DNA of 64,000 nucleotides from Acidobacteriota bacterium (lineage in GTDB: Bacteria; Acidobacteriota; UBA6911; RPQK01; JAJDTT01), in NCBI GenBank assembly GCA_965217775.1, contig CBDCJH010000002.1, positions 5,632,001 through 5,696,000 of the forward strand, in the 5' to 3' direction. This document shows, piece after piece, positions 50,468 through 59,766 of the stretch. Position 1 is the stretch's first letter; each line of letters starts with the position of its first letter. The notes under the pieces are model-generated. The model was not told where the DNA came from. It saw only the letters and a program-made list of their open reading frames with translations, and made no database searches. The translations under genes were made by a program, and so were the position numbers.

Positions 50468-50884
50468 TCAGGGCTCGCCCCGATCGTACGTATGTACCAG
50501 GACGACCACGACGAAGACGATGAGGCCCGTGATGACCACCCAGCTCATAAAGGACAGACCCAGCAGGCCGGCCTGGAACTGCTCGTTCATCTGCTCGCTT
50601 TCCCAGGCCAGCCGGGCCAGCGTCTCGTCGTCCAGCGTGGGTACCGCGACCGCGATCTGCTCCAGGTCGAAAAGGTGTCCCAGACGATCCTGAACCGCCG
50701 GGTGACGAAGCAGGGTCTGAACTTCACGAATATTGTCGGCGCGTGCGGCCGTCCGTTCCGAGATCCGGCCCTTCAGCTCCTCGATCGATACCAGGTGGAC
50801 CGCCTTCTGAGCCGGGATGGGACCGGCCTGCAGGCTCGTCGAGAAGACCAGGAGGACCGTAAGGAACAAAGAGATGGCTTTCAT
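50468..50884 (-). CDS. PA2779-family-like protein, copy 1 (signal peptide, AG motif, C-terminal TM helix)
   Basis: HLVSIEEL..ADNIREVQTLL..AVPTLDDETLARLA..FQAG followed by a hydrophobic tail. Confidence 0.7.
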   Translation of the reverse strand: MKAISLFLTVLLVFSTSLQAGPIPAQKAVHLVSIEELKGRISERTAARADNIREVQTLLRHPAVQDRLGHLFDLEQIAVAVPTLDDETLARLAWESEQMNEQFQAGLLGLSFMSWVVITGLIVFVVVVLVHTYDRGEP

Positions 50885-50964
50885 TGTTTATGACCTTTGC
50901 ATCTGAATGGTGACAACCCTGTTTCCATGGACCCGTCCACGGCGCAGCCCGCCGCCGGCGATCC

Positions 50965-53900
50965 TCAGAAGTTGATCTTCCAGTAGAGCTGGATGATCCG
51001 CGGATCCAAGGTGTTGCCGATTTTTCCGAAGCCCTGGGGACTGTCCACGCTGTTGCCCGCCTCGCGCCAGTTGACCCGGTTGAAGGCGTTGAACATCTCC
51101 GCCGCGAAGCGGAAACTCACACCTTCGCTGATCTGGAAATCCTTCATGAGCGAAATGTCTTCCTGCATGAATCCGCAGTTCTGCGCACTGGGATGGACGC
51201 GGAAGTTCCCCAACGTGAAATTGGCCGGCGGACTGAATGCGGCGGGATTGAAGATACGGTCCCGTCCCGATTGGTTGGGATCGAAGTCGCCGCAACTGAC
51301 GCCGGTCGTGGGCTTGACGCCGTGATTCCAGACCGCCCACGCGGGACCCATATAGGGAAGGAACTGTCCCGTGCCGACGGTCAGGGGATTGCCGGCGTGG
51401 TAGACGATGTGACCGGCAACTCTCCAGCCGCCGACCAGAAGGTTGGCCAATCGGCCGACGCCGCCGCCGAAGGTCTTGCCTCTTCCGAAGGGCAACTCCC
51501 ACGAAAAGCTCGCCTTGGTCGCCCAGGAGCGGTTGAACGGCACAATTGTCTTGGAGGAACTCCAGGTATCCCAATGCTGCAAGGATGACCCGGCGCGGGG
51601 CGCGAAGCTGCCCCTCTCCCGGACGTCCCCCGAAGTCAGCGATTTGGCAATGGTGTGCGACAGCATGAAGTTCAACCCGGTGGAGAACCGCTTCTGCAGA
51701 ATCAGGATGGCCGAGTGGTAGAGGTTGTAACCCGAGTGGGAGTTCAACTGGGCCACCCAGTTGTACTGGGGAAAGCGCCGCTGGGACTGCCCCACGGTTC
51801 CGGTGAATCCCGGATAAGGCCGGGTGTAACCGGCGTCTCTGGCGGCCTGGGAATCGATATCCTGCAGCAGGAGGTTTCCGAGAGCGAGATAGCTCAGGGG
51901 CAGTTGGTTGTAACGGGCGATCTGGGTGCCGACGACTCCGTGGCCCAACAGTCCGATGTATTCGGCAGTGAACACCATATCCCAGGGGAGCTCCCGCTCG
52001 ATGGCCAGACCCAACCTCTGGGCGGTCCCCTGCTGGGTCTCGTTGACGTCCACGAAACCGACCGAGGAGCCGTTGATCAGGGAAGGGTTCAGGAACGGAA
52101 GGTTGGTGGGCAGAATGTTGATGCCCTGATCCCAGTTGAGGGCCGGCGTCAGACCGAAGTCCGGGGTCGTCGCCGTCACCGACGCGCCGAAACCCTGGTT
52201 GGGCATGCCGGCGCCGTTGCCCATTTCCCCGTTCAGGGGGAAGTGCATCAGCCCGTAATAGCCTCGCGCCACGGTCTTGTCGTTCAATTGATAGGCCAGA
52301 CCCAGCCGCGGCCCCAAACTCCTGAAGCCGACGTTGAACGCCCGGACCCGGCCGTTGCGTCCCTCTCCCTCTCCGTAGAAGGTGAGCGCGCCCGGGAGGC
52401 CGCCCGCCTCCGGATTGGGAGTGTGGATGTCCATGAGGCCCCAGCGCCGGTAGGACTCATGGAAGGGTATGGGAATCTCCCACCGGAGGCCGTAGTTGAT
52501 GGTCAGCTTCGGCGTCGTCCGCCAGGAGTCCTGAACGTAGAAGGCCCAGGAGTAGCTGGTGACCTTCCTGCCGCTGGCGGTCTCTTGGAGGACTTCGTCC
52601 ACGTCGCCCATGAGGAAGGAGGCGAACCCGTCACCCGTCGAAGGAAAACCGGGCAGGCCGCTGGTGCGGTTGCGGAAGGTCCAGGTGCCCGCCGTGTGGT
52701 TTTCCGTGAGGAATTTCCCAGCCCAGATGCTGAGCTGGGCGCCGACCTTCACATTGTGGTTCCCGCTGGTCCAGGACAGGTCCATGAAGACGGGAACCGT
52801 CGCCTGGTAGTGAATGGCCGTGTCGGTGTTGTCACCGAAGCCGCCTCCTACTGCGCTCTGGATCCTCAGTCTGGGAATTGCGGGTGTCAACGCGCCCTTG
52901 ACGCAACCACCCGGACAATAGTTCGAATCGGGCGGCAATTTCCCCCATCCGAAGTTGATCCGGTTGATCCCGAGCCGGGTGCTGAAGAGGAGAGACGGGG
53001 ACACCGTCCAAAGGTGATTGAGTCGAAGCCGGTAGCCGCGGCTGTCGGCCCCACCGGACTGCAGCCGGTTGGGCGGCGTCAGAAAGCTCAGCTTCATATT
53101 GGGAGTGTCTTCGTAGCCGATCGTGACCTTGTGGTCCTCATGCTCGATGTCGGTCTTGAGATAGACCTTGTCGATGTCGAAGATGTCCGAACCCTCCCCC
53201 GAATAGTTGTTGGTCAGTCCGGCCCCGGGGATGTTCGGTCCTGGATACACGGTCATGAGGTGCTTGGCGACGCCGCCGATGCGGGCGTCGGGAATCGTGT
53301 TGTTGGGAAAGGGATCCCGCAGGAAGCCCCCCTGCCCATCCGGGCGGGTGGTGAGGGGGTCGTAGATCATGCCGGCCCGGATATCCCGGCCCATGACGTC
53401 GGTCCCGAGAGACGCACCGAGGATTTCGGTGAAGTTCCCACTTCGCATGAGCTCGGTCTGGACGGTTCCGATCCTTCCGGACGGTTGCGTGGACCACTCA
53501 TAACCGGTGTAGTTCATCATGAAGAAGGCCTTGTCCTTCACGATGGGGCCTCCCAGAATGAACCCCCACTCGTTCTGGATCTGTTCGCCTCTCTCCCGGG
53601 CGGTCCAGCGGCGCGCGTCCAGGATGTCGTTGCGGTGAAACAAGAAACCACTCCCGTGGAAATCGTTGGTTCCCGACTTGGTGATCATTTCGACGGACAC
53701 CCCGGAGTTGAAACCCTTCTCGGCATCCTGATTGGTCTCGATGCGAAACTCTTCGATCAGCTCGGGCGCCGGTCCGGTTTCGTCGCGCAGCCCCTGATGC
53801 CAGTTGATGCTGCTCTGGTGGCCGTCGGTGTTGTACCCGATGGGGTTCCGTTGAGGCCCGTTGTCGCCCACACCGTGGATGGTCCCCTTGTTCCCATCCC

Positions 53901-54438
53901 AGGTGGGTTTGAAGATCACGCCAGGCAGGGTATTGATCAGCACCATGGACTGCCGGACGAAGAAGCTCATGTGGACCGGAAGGACTTCGAGTACTTCCGA
54001 GTCCTGGGCGTGAGCCACGGTGGTGTCGGTGGTCTTGATCAGTGTCGCCGTACCCGCGACGGTGACCGTTTCCGTCACATCGCCGACCTCGAGCACGATG
54101 TTCACCGTCCGGGTCGTGTCCGAGGTGACTCGCTGTCCCGTGACCGTTTTGGTCTTGAACCCGGTCAGGCCGCCCGTGACCTCATATTCGCCGATCCCGA
54201 GGGCCTGGATCAGGTAGTAGCCGCTGTCGTTGCTCACCGACATTCTCTCGATGCCGGTGGCCGCGTTTCGAGCGGTCACCTCCGCACCGGGGATCACCCC
54301 GCCCGATGCGTCGGTGACGGTCCCCTGGATGTTGCCGGCGCCCTGCTGGGCGCGTTGCGCCTGAACCGGTCCACCGAGATGGAAGCCGAGGATCAGTACC
54401 AGTAGAAAGCAGAAAAGCAGGTGGGTTTTCGGTCTCAT
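50965..54438 (-). CDS. TonB-dependent receptor (Oar-like, N-terminal carboxypeptidase-regulatory-like domain), copy 1; alternative start 54531
   Basis: IQGTVTDASGGVIPGAEVT, TKSGTNDFHGS, YVQDSWRTTPKLTINYGLRWE, GPRLGLAYQ, FAAEMFNAFN and a terminal Phe. Confidence 0.92.
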   Translation of the reverse strand: MRPKTHLLFCFLLVLILGFHLGGPVQAQRAQQGAGNIQGTVTDASGGVIPGAEVTARNAATGIERMSVSNDSGYYLIQALGIGEYEVTGGLTGFKTKTVTGQRVTSDTTRTVNIVLEVGDVTETVTVAGTATLIKTTDTTVAHAQDSEVLEVLPVHMSFFVRQSMVLINTLPGVIFKPTWDGNKGTIHGVGDNGPQRNPIGYNTDGHQSSINWHQGLRDETGPAPELIEEFRIETNQDAEKGFNSGVSVEMITKSGTNDFHGSGFLFHRNDILDARRWTARERGEQIQNEWGFILGGPIVKDKAFFMMNYTGYEWSTQPSGRIGTVQTELMRSGNFTEILGASLGTDVMGRDIRAGMIYDPLTTRPDGQGGFLRDPFPNNTIPDARIGGVAKHLMTVYPGPNIPGAGLTNNYSGEGSDIFDIDKVYLKTDIEHEDHKVTIGYEDTPNMKLSFLTPPNRLQSGGADSRGYRLRLNHLWTVSPSLLFSTRLGINRINFGWGKLPPDSNYCPGGCVKGALTPAIPRLRIQSAVGGGFGDNTDTAIHYQATVPVFMDLSWTSGNHNVKVGAQLSIWAGKFLTENHTAGTWTFRNRTSGLPGFPSTGDGFASFLMGDVDEVLQETASGRKVTSYSWAFYVQDSWRTTPKLTINYGLRWEIPIPFHESYRRWGLMDIHTPNPEAGGLPGALTFYGEGEGRNGRVRAFNVGFRSLGPRLGLAYQLNDKTVARGYYGLMHFPLNGEMGNGAGMPNQGFGASVTATTPDFGLTPALNWDQGINILPTNLPFLNPSLINGSSVGFVDVNETQQGTAQRLGLAIERELPWDMVFTAEYIGLLGHGVVGTQIARYNQLPLSYLALGNLLLQDIDSQAARDAGYTRPYPGFTGTVGQSQRRFPQYNWVAQLNSHSGYNLYHSAILILQKRFSTGLNFMLSHTIAKSLTSGDVRERGSFAPRAGSSLQHWDTWSSSKTIVPFNRSWATKASFSWELPFGRGKTFGGGVGRLANLLVGGWRVAGHIVYHAGNPLTVGTGQFLPYMGPAWAVWNHGVKPTTGVSCGDFDPNQSGRDRIFNPAAFSPPANFTLGNFRVHPSAQNCGFMQEDISLMKDFQISEGVSFRFAAEMFNAFNRVNWREAGNSVDSPQGFGKIGNTLDPRIIQLYWKINF

Positions 54439-54596
54439 GAACCCTCCCACTAATGAATTGCGGAACCGAGGATTTTTCGTCCGCCCAAACAGCAGAAGGG
54501 CGTTCCTGGCTGAACTTAGGGAAGTCTGCATCGTCCTATCCTCCTTGGCGGGCATGCGGGCAGGTGTGGAAAAAAATCTCCCACTAGTTGCGGACG

Positions 54597-54626
54597 ACAC
54601 TACAGGAATTTGTCAGCAGAGGTCAA
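54597..54626 (-). promoter_or_regulatory. Putative sigma70 promoter of TBDR copy 1
   Basis: Minus strand TTGACC-N18-TAGTGT; homology with copy 2 ends just upstream of the -35. Confidence 0.45.
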
Positions 54627-54738
54627 GAACAGGACGTTCCCCATTGTTCTGGGAGTTCGCGAGAACAGGGGAAGCAGGGTTGAACGAGGATCGCGACGAA
54701 GCGGTCCCATTCCCGTGCTCCGGCCTAACCGAAGCGAC

Positions 54739-54788
54739 GTAGGGTGCCCGCTGTCGCCTCTTACGGCCCGGGGAGGGCGACCACAAGG
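54739..54788. repeat. GTAG-type REP doublet interrupted by an IS481 end
   Basis: GTAGGGTGCCCGCTGTCGCC...AGGGCGACCACAAGG|TGT; same context as 38214-38268. Confidence 0.7.
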
Positions 54789-54903
54789 TGTTTGGTGTCA
54801 AGATATCCTTTACAGGTTAGTCTTGATCCACCCGCCAGACCAGACGCGCATGAGCCTTTACGCCCTGGACCTGGTGCGGATGTACCTTCTGCGCGGCGAC
54901 TTT
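54789..54903 (-). mobile_element. IS481 right-end remnant (IR + last transposase codons)
   Basis: TGTTTGGTGTCAAGATATCCTTTACA matches the IR at 38269; the minus strand ends LVWRVDQD* versus LVWRVGQD* in the intact transposase. Confidence 0.82.
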
Positions 54904-55000
54904 CGAGCGGCGGCTTCCTAGCCGCCGAACTCCGGAGGAGGGGTGGAGCAGGGAGAGAAGTTGCGAAGGAAAGTATGGGGGACAAGACTGTCCCTCATTC
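54904..55000. repeat. REP doublet at the boundary of TBDR unit 2
   Basis: CGGCGGCTTCCTAGCCGCCG-AACTCCGGAGGA ... GGGGGACAAGACTGTCCC. Confidence 0.75.
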
Positions 55001-55290
55001 TAGCTGCCTTGGACTTGGAAGTTGTCCTGGACCCGGGTCCTGACGTCTTTGACCTGGTCCCAGACCTCGACTTCGAGCCGGTATTTCCCGGGTTCCAGGC
55101 TGCGCAGGTTCAACCTCTTGAGCAGGACCATTCTCCGGTCGGAGAAGAACTGGATCGATTCTCCTCGGCTGTCCGTGGCTTCCCCGATGACTTCGCCGTC
55201 GCGTGAAATTCGGTACGCCACCTGCATCTGGGGAGTATTGGAAGACTGGTCCATGCCGAAGTTTTAGAGGTGCAGGTAGACACCCAGCGG
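55000..55290 (-). pseudogene. 3' remnant of the GWxTD-domain gene
   Basis: Near-identical to 59767..60057; TAC->TAA nonsense change near 55264; 5' part deleted at an AGCGG microhomology. Confidence 0.9.
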
Positions 55291-55323
55291 AAAGCAAAGG
55301 GTGTGTCTACCCGCGGGAAAGCG

Positions 55324-55740
55324 TCAGGGCTCTCCCCGATCGTACGTGTGAACCAGAACGATCGCGACGAAGACGATGAGGCCCGTGATTACGACCCAGC
55401 TCATAAAGGACAGACCGAGAAGGCCAGCCTGGAACTGCTCGTTCATCTGCTCGCTTTCCCGGGCCAGCCGGGCCAGCGTCTCGCCGTCCAGCGTGGGTAC
55501 GGCGACCGCGATCTGCTCCAAGTCGAAAAGATGTCCCAGACGATCCTGCACCGCCTGCTGACGAAGCAGGGTCTGAACTTCACGAATATTGTCGGCGCGT
55601 ACGGCCGTCCGTTCCGAGATCCGGCCCTTCAGCTCCTCGATCGATACCAGGTGAACTGCCTTCTGAGCCGGGATGGGACCGGCCTGCAGGCTCGTCGAGC
55701 AGACCAGGAGGACCGTAAGGAACAAAGAGATGGCTTTCAT
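55324..55740 (-). CDS. PA2779-family-like protein, copy 2
   Basis: Paralog of 50468..50884 with a few substitutions. Confidence 0.7.
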   Translation of the reverse strand: MKAISLFLTVLLVCSTSLQAGPIPAQKAVHLVSIEELKGRISERTAVRADNIREVQTLLRQQAVQDRLGHLFDLEQIAVAVPTLDGETLARLARESEQMNEQFQAGLLGLSFMSWVVITGLIVFVAIVLVHTYDRGEP

Positions 55741-55820
55741 TGTTTATGACCTTTGCATCTGAATGGTGACAACCCTGTTTCCATGGAACCGTCCACGGCG
55801 CAGCCCGCCGCCGGCGATCC

Positions 55821-58800
55821 TCAGAAGTTGATCTTCCAGTAGAGCTGGATGATCCGCGGATCCAAGGTGTTGCCGATTTTTCCGAAGCCCTGTGGACTGT
55901 CCACGCTGTTGCCCGCCTCGCGCCAGTTGACCCGGTTGAAGGCGTTGAACATCTCCGCCGCGAAGCGGAAACTCACGCCCTCGCTGATTTGGAAATCCTT
56001 CATGAGAGAAATGTCTTCCTGCATGAATCCGCAGTTCTGCGCACTGGGATGGACGCGGAAGTTCCCCAACGTGAAATTGGGCGCCGTGCTGAATGCCGCG
56101 GGATTGAAGATACGATCCCGTCCCGTTTGGTTGGGGTCGAAGTCGCCGCAACTGACGCCGGTCGTGACCTTGACGCCGTGATTCCAGACCGCCCATGCGG
56201 GACCCATATAGGGAAGGGACTGTCCCGTGCCGACGGTCAGGGGATTGCCGGCGTGGTAGACGATGTGACCGGCGACCCTCCAGCCGCCGACCAGCAGGTT
56301 GGCCAATCGGCCGACGCCGCCACCGAAGGTCTTGCCTCGTCCGAAGGGCAGTTCCCACGAAAAGCTCGCCTTGGTCGCCCAGGAGCGGTTGAACGGCACT
56401 ATCGTCTTGGAGGAACTCCAGGTATCCCAATGCTGCAAAGAGGATCCGGCGCGGGGCGCGAAGCTGCCCCTCTCCCGGACGTCCCCCGAGGTCAGCGATT
56501 TGGCAATGGTATGGGACAACATGAAGTTCAACCCGGTGGAGAACCGCTTCTGCAGTATGAAGATGCCCGAGTGGTAGAGGTTGTAACCCGAGTGGGAGTT
56601 CAACTGGGCCACCCAGTTGTACTGGGGAAAGCGCCGCTGGGACTGCCCGACGGTTCCGGTGAATCCCGGATAGGGCCGGGTGTAGCCGGCGTCTCTGGCG
56701 GCCTGGGAATCGATATCCTGCAGCAGGAGGTTTCCGAGAGAGAGATTGCTCAGGGGCAATTGGTTGTAACGGGCGATCTGGGTGCCGATGACCCCATGGC
56801 CCAACAGGCCGATGTATTCGGCAGTGAACACCATATCCCAGGGGAGCTCCCGCTCGATGGCCAGACCCATCCTCTGGGCGGTCCCCTGCTGGGTCTCGTT
56901 GACGTCCACGAAACCGACCGAGGAGCCGTTGATCAGGGACGGGTTCAGGAACGGAAGGTTGGTGGGCAGAATGTTGATGCCCTGATCCCAATTGAGGGCC
57001 GGCGTCAGACCGAAGTCCGGGGTCGTTTTGGTCACCGAGGCGCCGAAACCCTGATTGGGCATGCCGAAACCGTTGGCCATTTCCCCCGCCACGGGGAAGT
57101 ACATCAGCCCGTAATAGGCCCGCGCTACGGTCTTTTCGTTCAATTGATACGCAAAACCCAGCCGCGGCCCGAAACTCCTGAAGCCGACGTTGAAGGCCCT
57201 GACCCGGCCGTTGCGTCCCTCACCGTCTCCGTAGAAGGTGAGACCGCCCGGGAGGCCGCCCGCCTCCGGATTGGGAGTGTGGATGTCCATGAGGCCCCAA
57301 CGCCGGTAGGACTCATGGAAGGGAATGGGGATCTCCCACCGGAGGCCGTAGTTGACGGTCAGCCGCGGCGTCGTCCGCCAGGAGTCCTGAGCGTAGAAGG
57401 CCCAACTGTAGCTGGTGACCTTCCGGCCGCTGGCGGTCTCCTGGAGGACTTCGTCCACGTCGCCCATGAGGAAGGAGGCGAACCCGTCACCCGTCGAAGG
57501 AAAACCGGGCAGACCGCTGGTGCGGTTGCGGAAGGTGTAGGTGCCCGCCGTGTGGTTTTCCACGTTGGCTCTCCCGGCCCAGATGCTGAGCTGGGCGCCG
57601 ACCTTCACATTGTGGTTCCCGCTGGTCCAGGACAGGTCCATGAAGACGGGAACCGTCGACTGGAAGTGCTCGGCCGTGTCGGTGTTGTCACCGAAGCCGC
57701 CTCCGACCGCGCTCTGGATCCTCAGTCTGGGGATCGCGCTCGTCAACGCGCCCTGGACGCAACCACCCGGACAATGGTCCGACGCGGGCGGCAATTTCCC
57801 CTCGCCGTAGGTGATCCGGTTGATCCCGAGCCGGGTGCTGAAGAGGAGCGACGGGTTCACCGTCCAAAGGTGATTGAGCCGAACCCGGTAGCTGCGGCTC
57901 TCAACCGCGACACTGTTCAGCCGGTTGGCCGGCGACAGGAAGCTCAGCTTCATATTGGGGGTGTCTTCATAGCCGATCGTGACCTTGTGGTCCTCATGCT
58001 CGATGTCGGTCTTGAGATAGACCTTGTCGATGTCGAAGATGTCCGAACCCACCCCCTCATAGTTGTTGGTCAGTCCGCCTTTGTTCGGTCCCGGATACGC
58101 GGTCATGAGGTGCTTGGCGACGCCGCCGATGCGGCTGGCGGGAATCGTGTTGTTGGGAAAGGGATCCCGCAGGAAGCCCCCCTGCCCGTCCGGCCGGGTG
58201 GTGAGGGGATCGTAGATCATGCCGGCCCGGACCTCCCGGCCCATGACGTCGGTCCCGAGAGACGCGCCGAGGATCTCGTTGAAATTCCCTTGTCGCATGG
58301 CCTCGGTCTGGACGGTTCCGATCCTTCCGGACGGTTGCGTGGACCACTCATAACCAGTGTAGTTCATCATGAAGAAGGCCTTGTCCTTGACGATGGGGCC
58401 TCCCAGAATGAACCCCCACTCGTTCTGGATCTGTTCGCCCTTCCCAGAGGCGGTCCACCGGCGCGCGTCCAGGATGTCGTTGCGGTGAAACAGGAAACCA
58501 CTCCCGTGGAATTCGTTGGTTCCCGACTTGGTGATCATTTCAACTGACACTCCGGAGTTGAATCCCTTCTCGGCGTCCTGATTGGTCTCGATGCGAAACT
58601 CTTGGATCAACTCGGGGGCCGGTCCCGTTTCGTCGCGCAACCCCTGATGCCAGTTGATGCTGCTCTGATGGCCGTCGGTGTTGTACCCGAGGGGGTTCCG
58701 GTGAGGTCCGTTGTCGCCCACACCGTGGATGGTCCCCTTGTTCCCACCCCAGCCGGGCTTGAAGATCACGCCGGGAAGGGTATTGATCAGCACCATGGAC

Positions 58801-59288
58801 TGCCGGACGAAGAAGCTCATGTGGACCGGAAGGACCTCGAGTACTTCCGAGTCCTGGGCGTGAGCCACGGTGGTGTCGGTCATCTTGACCAGTGTCGCCG
58901 TACCCGCGACGGTGACCGTTTCCGTCACGTCGCCGACCTCAAGCACGATGTTCACCGTCCAGGTCGTGTCCGAGGTGACTCGCTGTCCGGTCACGACCTT
59001 GGTCTTGAACCCGGTCAGGCCGCCCGTGACCTCGTATTCGCCGATCCCGAGGGCCTGGATCAGGTAGTAGCCGCTGTCGTTGCTCACCGAAATTCTCTCG
59101 ATGCCGGTGGCCGCGTTTCGAGCGGTCACCTCCGCACCGGGGATCACCCCGCCCGATGCGTCGGTGACGGTCCCCTGGATGTTGCCGGCGCCCTGCTGGG
59201 CGCGTTGCGCCTGAACCGGTCCACCGAGATGGAAGCCGAGGATCAGTACCAGTAGAAAGCAGAAAAGCAGGTGGGTTTTCGGTCTCAT
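55821..59288 (-). CDS. TonB-dependent receptor, copy 2; alternative start 59381
   Basis: Collinear paralog of 50965..54438 with clustered substitutions. Confidence 0.92.
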   Translation of the reverse strand: MRPKTHLLFCFLLVLILGFHLGGPVQAQRAQQGAGNIQGTVTDASGGVIPGAEVTARNAATGIERISVSNDSGYYLIQALGIGEYEVTGGLTGFKTKVVTGQRVTSDTTWTVNIVLEVGDVTETVTVAGTATLVKMTDTTVAHAQDSEVLEVLPVHMSFFVRQSMVLINTLPGVIFKPGWGGNKGTIHGVGDNGPHRNPLGYNTDGHQSSINWHQGLRDETGPAPELIQEFRIETNQDAEKGFNSGVSVEMITKSGTNEFHGSGFLFHRNDILDARRWTASGKGEQIQNEWGFILGGPIVKDKAFFMMNYTGYEWSTQPSGRIGTVQTEAMRQGNFNEILGASLGTDVMGREVRAGMIYDPLTTRPDGQGGFLRDPFPNNTIPASRIGGVAKHLMTAYPGPNKGGLTNNYEGVGSDIFDIDKVYLKTDIEHEDHKVTIGYEDTPNMKLSFLSPANRLNSVAVESRSYRVRLNHLWTVNPSLLFSTRLGINRITYGEGKLPPASDHCPGGCVQGALTSAIPRLRIQSAVGGGFGDNTDTAEHFQSTVPVFMDLSWTSGNHNVKVGAQLSIWAGRANVENHTAGTYTFRNRTSGLPGFPSTGDGFASFLMGDVDEVLQETASGRKVTSYSWAFYAQDSWRTTPRLTVNYGLRWEIPIPFHESYRRWGLMDIHTPNPEAGGLPGGLTFYGDGEGRNGRVRAFNVGFRSFGPRLGFAYQLNEKTVARAYYGLMYFPVAGEMANGFGMPNQGFGASVTKTTPDFGLTPALNWDQGINILPTNLPFLNPSLINGSSVGFVDVNETQQGTAQRMGLAIERELPWDMVFTAEYIGLLGHGVIGTQIARYNQLPLSNLSLGNLLLQDIDSQAARDAGYTRPYPGFTGTVGQSQRRFPQYNWVAQLNSHSGYNLYHSGIFILQKRFSTGLNFMLSHTIAKSLTSGDVRERGSFAPRAGSSLQHWDTWSSSKTIVPFNRSWATKASFSWELPFGRGKTFGGGVGRLANLLVGGWRVAGHIVYHAGNPLTVGTGQSLPYMGPAWAVWNHGVKVTTGVSCGDFDPNQTGRDRIFNPAAFSTAPNFTLGNFRVHPSAQNCGFMQEDISLMKDFQISEGVSFRFAAEMFNAFNRVNWREAGNSVDSPQGFGKIGNTLDPRIIQLYWKINF

Positions 59289-59445
59289 GAACCCTCCCAC
59301 TAATGAATTGCGGAACCGAGGATTTTTCGTCCGCCCAAACAGCAGAAGGGCGTTCCTGGCTGAACTTAGGGAAGTCTGCATCGTCCTATCCTCCTTGGCG
59401 GGCATGCGGGCAGGTGTGGAAAAAATCTTCCACTAGTTACGGACA

Positions 59446-59475
59446 AATCTACAGGAATTTGTCAGCAGAGGGCAA
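59446..59475 (-). promoter_or_regulatory. Putative sigma70 promoter of TBDR copy 2
   Basis: Minus strand TTGCCC-N18-TAGATT, same spacer as copy 1. Confidence 0.4.
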
Positions 59476-59521
59476 GAACAATTTCCCCGGTGTCGTTAGT
59501 ATGTGAAGTATCCGCACCTAT

Positions 59522-59664
59522 TAGCACGCACTTCTCACCAGGGGGTGCGATGATTGCGCCCAGCGCAGTCTGTGCCGGAGAAACGTTGACAAAAATCGAG
59601 TAAATGGCTGACGATAAGTTTTTTTTCATAATAATCTCAGCGACCTGGTGAGAAATGCGGGCTA
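59522..59664. mobile_element. Putative MITE with 21-bp TIRs beginning and ending in TA
   Basis: TAGCACGCACTTCTCACCAGG versus (reverse complement) TAGCCCGCATTTCTCACCAGG, 19/21 identical; AT-rich non-coding interior. Confidence 0.65.
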
Positions 59665-59678
59665 TGGGGCAGCAGCGC

Positions 59679-59756
59679 GGAGCGGCGGTTTCCTAACCGC
59701 CGGACTCCCATACACGTTGCGAAAAAAAGAATGGGGGACATCCCTGTCCCCCCTCC
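59679..59756. repeat. REP doublet at the boundary of TBDR unit 3
   Basis: GGAG-CGGCGGTTTCCTAACCGCCG and the inverted GGGGACATCCCTGTCCCCC-CTCC. Confidence 0.8.
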
Positions 59757-59766
59757 TACTGCCCTC

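Noticed and set aside
54439-54600. Cobalamin riboswitch in the TBDR leader
   Set aside because: Only a weak AGCCAGGA resemblance; the other conserved B12-element segments are not evident.
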